Shown here piece by piece: positions 39,445-47,113 of a stretch of DNA of 64,000 nucleotides. Positions within the stretch are counted from its first letter, which is position 1, and the number at the start of each line of letters is the position of its first letter. The notes below the pieces were generated by a model. The model worked only from the letters and a program-made list of their open reading frames with translations, was not told the DNA's origin and did no database searches. Source of the DNA: a bacterium (GTDB taxonomy: Bacteria > Electryoneota > JAOADG01); contig OY820579.1 in the NCBI GenBank assembly GCA_963681965.1, positions 4,180,868 through 4,244,867 on the forward strand, read 5' to 3'. The position numbers and the translations under genes are program-made.

Positions 39445-39902
39445 TGTTGGTGTTCCTCGATTGCCGAACAGATGGCTGCCAGAACTTTGATGGTGGTATT
39501 CATTTCCGATTCATTGATGCGCTGCCGCAACAACTCCTCGAAGCGATGCGTTCGCGTATGGATTTTGACAAAGGCGCGTTTTCCCGCGGCAGTGACTTTC
39601 ACTGCATTCCGGCGACGATCGTCCAATTCGATCCGCTCGATCCACTTTTTTCGCTCGAGTAGCTGCAATTGGCGCGAGATCGCGGCTGGATCGATCTTCA
39701 TGCGACGTGCCAGCGCCATGGTGCCAAGCGGTTTCGGATAGGCGTGAATCAATTCCCGGAAGAGCAGAAAGTGCGACGCCGAGACGCCATTTTCCTGCGG
39801 GAACGATCCCATCAACAGTTGATAGGTACGCAGCAAATCGCGCAGGAGGTGCGGTTCGTCTCCGCGGTGTTGCAGCCATTCGGGGTTTTGTTCTGGTTCC
39901 AT
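39441..39902 (-). CDS. MarR-family transcriptional regulator
   Basis: LARRMKIDPAAISRQLQLLERKKWIER....DRRR..V..T..G; ATGA overlap with the next gene. Confidence 0.9.
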   Translation of the reverse strand: MEPEQNPEWLQHRGDEPHLLRDLLRTYQLLMGSFPQENGVSASHFLLFRELIHAYPKPLGTMALARRMKIDPAAISRQLQLLERKKWIERIELDDRRRNAVKVTAAGKRAFVKIHTRTHRFEELLRQRINESEMNTTIKVLAAICSAIEEHQQ

Positions 39903-39980
39903 ATCGATAATATAGTATCAATCATTGACTTAGTCAAGTATATTCACGCGATCCAATATTGACCTGCGAGCATCTTTTCC

Positions 39981-40800
39981 GTAGGTCGGAATTTATTCCG
40001 ACCCACCAGAAGGGATCGCAGGCTCGGAGGCCTGCGCCACCAACAGGATGGGAGTTGGGAATTGGCAAAAATATGGGTAGCGGCGGACTTTAGTCCGCTT
40101 TTTTTGCGTAGCCGCAGACTTCAGCCTGCGTTTTTTTTCTGATTATGACACAAGAGGTGGTCAGAACAAGTTCTGACCTACGGAAAAGAAGATACTCGCA
40201 GGCTCGGAGGCCTGCGCCACCAACAGGATGGGAGTTGGTGAATAGGAGTTGAGAATTGGCAAAAATATGGGTAGCAGCGGACTTTAGTCCGCTTTTTTTG
40301 CGTAGCCGCAGACTTCAGCCTGCGTTTTTTTTCTGATTATGACACAAGAGGTGGTCAGAACAAATTCTGACCTACGGAAAAGAAGATACTCGCAGGCTCG
40401 GAGGCCTGCGCCACCAACAGGATGGGAGTTGGGGAATAGGAGTTGGGAATTGGCAAAAATATGGGTAGCGGCGGACTAAAAGAGTCCGCTTTTTTTGCGT
40501 AGCCGCAGGCTTCAGCCTGCGTTTTTTTTCTGATTATGACACAAGAGGTGGTCAGAACAAGTTCTGACATACGGAAAAGAAGATACACGCAGGCTCGGTG
40601 TCCTGCGCCACTAAAGACAAGACACAGGAGGTGGTCAGAACAAGTTCTGACCTACAGCAATACGATCCTCCAATCACCCAATCTTTTTAGTAGGGGCGGA
40701 CCCCCGTGTCCGCCCTCTCTAGTATCATTTTTTCCCCAATACCCACAACCCACCACCTACTACCTATCTTGTAGCCCCCGCTGGCGGGGGTTGGGGGTGG
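39981..40800. repeat. Mosaic REP array 6 with 180-197-bp tandem units
   Basis: CGCAGGCTCGG recurs at 40017, 40197, 40391 and 40588. Each unit carries four hairpins (CGCAGGCTCGGAGGCCTGCG, GCGGACTTTAGTCCGC, CGCAGACTTCAGCCTGCG, GGTCAGAACAAGTTCTGACC). The length differences come mainly from the number of heptamer copies. Confidence 0.92.
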
Positions 40801-40855
40801 AAATGCGAAGCAAAAAAAGCTCGCAGTCAAGTTTTTCTTTAGAATATTTTTTTTA

Positions 40856-40996
40856 GGACTCTAGAGTCCACTAAAAACTCTGGACTCGGAATCTTCTGTA
40901 TCTTTCCTCGTTACCTCTAGAGAATCTTTTTTTTGCTTGCAGTATGACTCTAGAGTAAAGACTCTAAAGAAGACTCTAGAGATAAAGACTCGGAAG
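40856..40996. repeat. Cluster of GACTCTAGAG-like 10-mers
   Basis: Perfect palindrome GGACTCTAGAGTCC at 40856-40869; copies or variants at about 40883, 40914, 40946, 40960, 40972 and 40987. Confidence 0.7.
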
Positions 40997-41240
40997 AAGT
41001 ATTCAAGATACTGTATATGAATGGCTTAGTCGTGATTTCCGGTGACTAATCCGGTATCAGCGGTGGATAACTCTGATAATTCAATATAAATATTACATTT
41101 ATCGAGATGTGTAATATAAATGCTTCCGAGAGTCAGATTCCAGCGTGATGAAAATAACCGCAGAGCATGCTGTATGTTCAATAATACCAATAAATGCTTA
41201 AAATGTCATCGAGAATATTTTGCCGAATCAAAAATAACTC

Positions 41241-41269
41241 TTGACTTTTGCCAAAAAATGTATTATATT
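41241..41269 (+). promoter_or_regulatory. Putative sigma70 promoter
   Basis: TTGACT-17 bp-TATATT in an AT-rich context. Confidence 0.5.
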
Positions 41270-41526
41270 ATATACAAGCAAAGTGAGTGAACTCGATTAT
41301 CCAACACGAAATTGGGAAGTTAGACAAGGAATTCATTCAAAAGTTACTCCGGTGCTCCTCTCGTCCGAGTTTCTCCGACCCAAAAAATGTTGCAAAATGC
41401 AACACTGGCTACACTCTCGGACACACTCTATCGGAAACAAACGACCCCGGTTACGCATCTTATAACCAGCAGGCACTGCCATTCGGATACCCGCTCGTCG
41501 GGATCGTAATCGATTAACTCGTCGAC

Positions 41527-41542
41527 TGGCACAAAATTCGCA
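41527..41542 (+). promoter_or_regulatory. Possible sigma54 promoter
   Basis: TGGCAC-AAAAT-TCGCA (GG-N10-GC spacing), about 40 bp upstream of the ATG at 41584. Confidence 0.35.
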
Positions 41543-41583
41543 ATATAATTCACATTATGTAGCATCATTCGGGAGGAACTGGA

Positions 41584-42321
41584 ATGCGGAAGTTGAGTAT
41601 ACTGTTATTGGTTTCGTTTTTGACTTTGGTACTTTCGGGCATACTGCTGGCTGCGGATAAGGACAAAGTACCGACGTTGTATACGCAGAAGGTCGTCGTT
41701 TCCGACAACGAAAAAACGCTCGACAAAGATCTGAAACAATTGAAGGTCGACAAAGCAAAAGCGATCGTGCTGAAATTGAATTCCGACGAATTTAAGCTCA
41801 CTGTCGATGGCATGAGTCTCAAGATCAAGAAAATGGAACAGCGCTTCAAAGTCGAACAGGAATTGCGCGAAGAAGCACTCGCCAATGCAAAGAAGCATCT
41901 CGAAAAAGCGATGAAATTGAAAGACGACAAAAAAGAAGACGAGATGCAAGCCGAATTGGAAAAAGTACACCACTATCTGAAGACGGTTGCCGATAGCCCG
42001 ATGGAAGGTGTCGGTTTTAAGAAATTCATCTCCGGTTCCGATTGCTGCGATGAAAACGATCTATCGAGGTATTTCGATGACGATGTGAAGTGCCGCGTGA
42101 AAATTATGGCAAAGGGCGATGGCGACTGCCAAGTGATGGATCTGGAAGGCTTGAAAGGTCTCGAAGGACTCAAGGGTCTGGAATCGTTGAAAGAACTGAA
42201 GAATCTGGATATCGACGAATTGAAGAAGATGAAGGGCGTGAAAGTGATCGAAATCGATAAGGATTCCGATCTTCCCGACCTACCTCCTTCGTCGGAATCA
42301 CCAAAATCGAAACAGCAGTAA
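41584..42321 (+). CDS. Hypothetical exported, highly charged coiled-coil protein
   Basis: GGGAGG SD and signal peptide; K/E/D-rich; LEGLKG repeats. Confidence 0.75.
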   Translation: MRKLSILLLVSFLTLVLSGILLAADKDKVPTLYTQKVVVSDNEKTLDKDLKQLKVDKAKAIVLKLNSDEFKLTVDGMSLKIKKMEQRFKVEQELREEALANAKKHLEKAMKLKDDKKEDEMQAELEKVHHYLKTVADSPMEGVGFKKFISGSDCCDENDLSRYFDDDVKCRVKIMAKGDGDCQVMDLEGLKGLEGLKGLESLKELKNLDIDELKKMKGVKVIEIDKDSDLPDLPPSSESPKSKQQ

Positions 42322-42340
42322 TGACTTTGTTTATTTCGCA

Positions 42341-42371
42341 CACGGCGCACTCCTGATAAAAGTGCGCCGTG
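42341..42371. terminator. Hairpin between convergent genes (probable bidirectional terminator)
   Basis: CACGGCGCACT-9 nt-AGTGCGCCGTG, an 11-bp stem. Confidence 0.6.
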
Positions 42372-42383
42372 ATCGGAAAACGA

Positions 42384-43643
42384 TTATTTCAAAAGCACAA
42401 TCTTCTGCAACTGCGATGAATTTCCCGCCGTCAAGCGAACAAAGTACGTTCCGGTTGCGAGATCCTTCCCACTGAATTGGAATCGATACTCACCGGGATC
42501 CTGATTAAAATTCACCAGCTTCACCACTTCTCTTCCATTCACATCGAACACGCACAAATCAACGTTACCACTCTTCGCGATCGAGTATCGGATTTCAGTG
42601 GTCGCATTGAACGGATTCGGGTAATTCGATTTCAGCACGAATTTTGTCGGAACCGATTCGCTGACACGATCGACCACACCGAGTGCCTGTTCGATATTCA
42701 ATACCTGCAAATTAACACCTGTCGCAGCAAGAATGATTCCGTTACTCGGAGCACTTAGCCCATTGGTAGAGCCGCTATTTCGAAAGTAACCCACCAGCAC
42801 TGGATTGGCAGTACTTGCGACATCGTATACTTCCATACCATCGTCGGATTCGGCTACGTAAACATGCGTTCCGGAATACTCGACATCGATCGCTTCGCCC
42901 GGGGTATCGATCGATCCGAGTTCCGTCGGTGTGGTAGGATTGGTAACGTCGAGGATCCGGACGGTGTAGGAATCGGCGACATACAACCGGTGCAACACAG
43001 GATCCAAAACCGCGGCTTTGGCATATCCGGGGGTATCGAACGTACCGATGAGCGTTGGCATCGACGCGGATAGATCGAGGATTATTATTCCGGCACCGTC
43101 GGCTGTCAAGTATGCGACTGTGCCATTGATTGTCACCGAATTATAAACACCGCCGCTCGGTGTGTAATATCCGACTCTCGTCAAGACAGTATCGGTGGGA
43201 ATATTGAAAATATGAAAGCCGCCACCGGCAGCATAGATCCGGTTTCCCACAACCTTGACATCGGAAATGGCATTGTTTTCGCACCAAGTGGCAACGTGCG
43301 TCGGCGAAGCGGGATTGGCAATATTGACTACCTGCAAGCCACTGTAAAGATCGGCAATGAATGCGAGATTCGATTGAATTGCGACTTTACTGGCTGTGCT
43401 CGGCGTATCGTAACTGCCCACAACAACCGGCGTCGTTCCGGTCATATTCAGGATGACTAGTCCTTGACCACTTGCGCAAAGGTAGGCAGTCTGACCTTCG
43501 AACAAGACATCGTTGGCAATACTTGTCGCGACGTAATTACCAACGCGCCGGACATTGGCACTGTCCTGTGCCAACACACAATTGGTCAGGAACAGCAGAG
43601 CGATTAAAATGAATTGAATTGGAATGATGCGCAACAGTTTCAT
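42384..43643 (-). CDS. LVIVD-repeat protein with T9SS-type CTD
   Basis: ATG 43643 with AAGGAG SD; signal peptide ending AQDS; YDTP...AF.AD...GL..VNI.NP..P repeats; NYPNPFN...TGTYFVRL...KIVLLK. Confidence 0.88.
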   Translation of the reverse strand: MKLLRIIPIQFILIALLFLTNCVLAQDSANVRRVGNYVATSIANDVLFEGQTAYLCASGQGLVILNMTGTTPVVVGSYDTPSTASKVAIQSNLAFIADLYSGLQVVNIANPASPTHVATWCENNAISDVKVVGNRIYAAGGGFHIFNIPTDTVLTRVGYYTPSGGVYNSVTINGTVAYLTADGAGIIILDLSASMPTLIGTFDTPGYAKAAVLDPVLHRLYVADSYTVRILDVTNPTTPTELGSIDTPGEAIDVEYSGTHVYVAESDDGMEVYDVASTANPVLVGYFRNSGSTNGLSAPSNGIILAATGVNLQVLNIEQALGVVDRVSESVPTKFVLKSNYPNPFNATTEIRYSIAKSGNVDLCVFDVNGREVVKLVNFNQDPGEYRFQFSGKDLATGTYFVRLTAGNSSQLQKIVLLK

Positions 43644-43671
43644 GTTGGCTCCTTCTTTTTCGGTTCGTATT

Positions 43672-44153
43672 GCCCAATTCCGATTGGGCGTCTGGTAGCT
43701 TGATCTGTCGTTGCGAGGATTGCAGGGCGTCGTCGACTCGCGGATGCGCCCGAATGGATAATGCAATTATTTTTCTTATCCTAACACCTACCACCTATTA
43801 CCCAACACCCATCTTGTCGGTGGCGCAGGCCTCCGAGCCTGCGATCCTCTTCTTTTCCGTAAGACGGAATTTATTCCGACTCCTTTTTTCGTAGGGCGGG
43901 CGCGGGGACCCGCCCCTACTTCACATTATGAACTACTTTAATAGCACCACTCATTATCTATTCTTTGCGTCAGGCGCTGCCTGCCGCTTCGGGCGTATGC
44001 GATACGCCCCTACAGTAAAAAAAGATGCCGATTCGGAGATCGGCAGTACTGCCCAACTCCGATTGGGCGTCTTGAAATCTTTTTTCCATCTTTATCGATT
44101 GAAAAGAGAAAAGGATCAAATGACAAAAGAGCCGATTCGGAGATCGGCACTAC
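43672..44153. repeat. Mosaic REP array 7
   Basis: GCCCAA(T/C)TCCGATTGGGC twice; a heptamer+GTGGCGCAGG+CGGAATTTATTCCGAC module as in array 3; TGCGTCAGGCGCTGCCTG.CGCTTCGGGCGTATGC.ATACGCCCCTAC as at ~17488; GCCGATTCGGAGATCGGC twice. Confidence 0.85.
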
Positions 44154-46288
44154 TTTAAAAGAACGATCTTTTGAGTCTGGATAAAATTGCCGGCGGTGAG
44201 GCGCACGAAATACGTGCCAGTGGCGAGACTCTTGCCATCGAATGTAAACGTGTATTCACCGGGATCCTGATTAAAATTCACCAGCTTCATCACTGCTCTT
44301 CCATTCACATCGAATACACTCAAATCGACTTTCACGCTCTTTGCAATCGCATAGCGGATGGAGGTTGTCGCATTGAACGGATTCGGATAATTGGGTTTGA
44401 GTGCGAAGGAGGTGGGAACGGATTCGCTGACGCGATCGACCACACCGAGTGCCTGCGAACAGTCGTATACTTCTATTTCCTGTTCGGCAGCGACATAAGC
44501 GATGTCACCCGCTACTGCAACTCCACAAGCTCTATATTGAGTTCTATAGTACCCAATTTCACGTGGACTGGTTGGATTTCCGATATTGATGATTCGCAAA
44601 CCGGAATTTCCATCGGCAACATAGGCGTAATTGCCAGAAACGGCTACACCATTTACCGTTCCGGGAGTATCGTAGTAACCAATTTCAAGTGGGTTCGCTG
44701 GATTGCTAATATTGATGATTCGCAGACCTGCATCGTAAGCAGCAACATAGGCATAATTGCCGGAAACAGTAACACTTTTTGCATGCCCGGGTGTATTGTA
44801 AAAACCAACTCCTTGTGGAGAGTATGGATTACTGATATTGACGATTCGCAAACCAAAAAACCTGTCGGCAACATAAGCGTAATTTCCGGCAACCGACACA
44901 CTATTTGCAAAATCAGGCGTATCATAGAATCCCACTTCTTGCGGGCAAGCAGGATTGCTGATATTGATGATTCGCAGACCTAAAGAACCACAGGCAACAT
45001 AGGCAAAGTTGTTGGAAACTGCCACGCCAGACGCATTTTCGGGTGTATCGAGGGAACCCACTGACTGAGGTAGAGTTGGGTTATTGATATTGATGATTCG
45101 GAAACCGTAATATTCATCGGCAATGTAGGCATAGTTTCCGGAAACAGTTATATTAGAAGCATATCCGGGTGAATCGTAGTAACCGTCTTGTTGCGGGCTT
45201 GCAGAATTTGTGATATTGATGATTCGTAAACCGGATATACCATCGGCAACATAAGCATAATTGCCAGATACATATAATCCGGTTGCAGTACCAGTTAGGT
45301 CGAAATATCCTACTTCTTGCGGACTGGCAGGATTGCTAATAGCGATGATTCGCAAACCTAATGAACCGCAAGCCAAGTAAGCATAGATTCCGGAAATTGT
45401 AACACTATGAACTCTATCAGGTGTACCGAATAATCCTACTATTTGTGGGTTAGCTGGATTGCTTGTGTTGATGATTCTCATACATGACGCACCATTGGTT
45501 ACATAACTATAATTGCCGGAAACTGATACACTGTAGGCAACATTATTTGAATCGTTGAACATATCAACTAGTTGTGGGTTTTCGGGATTATTGATGTTGA
45601 TGATTCGCAAACCAGATGTACCATCCGCAACATAGGCATAATTTTCGGAAACGGTTACCGCATTAGCATCTCCAGGTGTGTCGCAGGATCCGACAACATG
45701 AGGGGCGGTCGGGTCATTGATGTTGACGATTCGCAAACCTGAAAAACCACAAGCCAAATAAGCATAAATTCCTGAAATTGTAACATCATGAACCCTACCT
45801 GGTACGCCGTAGAAACCTTCTAGTTGTGGGTTTTCCGGATTGCTGATATTGATGATTCGCAATCCATCTACATCATCAGCAACATAAGCGTAGTTCCCTG
45901 CAATCGTTACACCATATGCCGTTCCGGGAGTGTCGTAAAATCCGACTTCTTGCGGGTTCGCTGGATTGCTACTATTGATGATTCGAAGACCGGAATTTCC
46001 ATCGGCAACATAGGCATAATTGCCGGAAACTGCCACATCGTATGCTGTTCCGGGTGTATCGTAGAATCCGACTTCAAACGGGCTTTCTGGACTGCTGATA
46101 TTGATGATTCGCAAACCTGAAGTTCCGTCGGCAACATAGACAAAATTACCTTGAACTGTTACCGAATATGAATCCATTCGCTTAAATCTTCCCAAGCAAC
46201 GCACACCGGAGCTGTCCTGTGCCAGCGCGCTGTTCAGCGAGAGCAATGAAAAGAGGATACAAAACAACAGGTGTCGCAGCGGTTTCAT
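44150..46288 (-). CDS. LVIVD-repeat protein (about 13 repeats of ~42 aa) with T9SS-type CTD
   Basis: Repeat VGFYDTPG.A..V.VSGNYAYVADG.SGLRIINISNP.NP; signal peptide ending AQDS; CTD closely related to that of 42384-43643. Confidence 0.9.
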   Translation of the reverse strand: MKPLRHLLFCILFSLLSLNSALAQDSSGVRCLGRFKRMDSYSVTVQGNFVYVADGTSGLRIINISSPESPFEVGFYDTPGTAYDVAVSGNYAYVADGNSGLRIINSSNPANPQEVGFYDTPGTAYGVTIAGNYAYVADDVDGLRIINISNPENPQLEGFYGVPGRVHDVTISGIYAYLACGFSGLRIVNINDPTAPHVVGSCDTPGDANAVTVSENYAYVADGTSGLRIININNPENPQLVDMFNDSNNVAYSVSVSGNYSYVTNGASCMRIINTSNPANPQIVGLFGTPDRVHSVTISGIYAYLACGSLGLRIIAISNPASPQEVGYFDLTGTATGLYVSGNYAYVADGISGLRIINITNSASPQQDGYYDSPGYASNITVSGNYAYIADEYYGFRIININNPTLPQSVGSLDTPENASGVAVSNNFAYVACGSLGLRIINISNPACPQEVGFYDTPDFANSVSVAGNYAYVADRFFGLRIVNISNPYSPQGVGFYNTPGHAKSVTVSGNYAYVAAYDAGLRIINISNPANPLEIGYYDTPGTVNGVAVSGNYAYVADGNSGLRIINIGNPTSPREIGYYRTQYRACGVAVAGDIAYVAAEQEIEVYDCSQALGVVDRVSESVPTSFALKPNYPNPFNATTSIRYAIAKSVKVDLSVFDVNGRAVMKLVNFNQDPGEYTFTFDGKSLATGTYFVRLTAGNFIQTQKIVLLK

Positions 46289-46423
46289 GGGTAGTTCCTT
46301 TCTCAATGATAGCAGTGCAATCGGTTTCGATTTAGGATTATCGGGATGGTAATATAATATAGTAGGATCAAAACAGATCCAAGTGAAATTCCTGCCAAAT
46401 AGTAAATAAATCGTTGCATTCTG

Positions 46424-47090
46424 TAGGGGACCATCTCCGCATGCCCACCGCCAATTCTGTCATTGCGAAGGCGCCGAACGGCGCCTGTGGAAATTTACTC
46501 TGTTCGTGTAGTAGGGGCGCGCCTCCCCGCGGGCGCATCCGCGCCCGTTGCGGGCGGGCGCGGGGACCCGCCCCTACTGGAAAAATTGTACATCGTATTG
46601 CTGTAGGTCAGAACTTGTTCTGACCACATCTTGTGTCCAAAATTGATCGGGCGAACGCGTACGAGCATCCCTATCAAAGAAGAAGAATAACCGATGAAAA
46701 GAGAAGGTTGCCACATGCGCCGAATGGCGCATTCGCAACGACAAAATTAAAAGATGGGTGGTGGGGATTGGGAAAAGATACAAGATCGGGGGCGCCAATT
46801 TACATAATTCAATAGAAGAAAGATCGCGGACTAAAGTCCGCCGCTACCAAAAAAAGAATCACAAGAACGGGCGGTTCGCGAACCGCCCCTACCAAAAAAA
46901 TGATAAACAGAAAAAAGAGTAGGTTGCCACATGCGCCGAATTGCGCATTCACAACGACAAATCAGGATACAAGAACGGGCGGGCGCGGGGGTCAGCCCCT
47001 ACTTCAGGATAAAAAAAATGAACGGGCGGACACGGGGGTCCGCCCCTACTATACAAAAAAAAACAGGCGCACGATTGCTCGCACGCCTGC
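46424..47090. repeat. Mosaic REP array 8 (about 12 different hairpins)
   Basis: GTAG-first hairpins at about 46424, 46510 and 46603; inverted ...CTAC hairpins at about 46550, 46826, 46868, 46977 and 47023; two GTTGCCACATGCGCCGAA...GCATTC.CAACGACA elements; GATACAAGA linkers. Confidence 0.88.
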
Positions 47091-47113
47091 TGTGTAAATA
47101 AATATCTGGAAAA

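Noticed and set aside
42384-44460. DGR template/variable repeat pair
   Set aside because: Differences are mostly synonymous and not adenine-specific, both copies are coding CTDs, and there is no reverse transcriptase in the window.
44171-44983. 270-aa plus-strand ORF (and similar ORFs at 6004-6690, 9648-10421, 13563-14321, 34018-34791, 47736-48302)
   Set aside because: These are antisense shadows of well-supported genes, favoured by repeats and codon bias.
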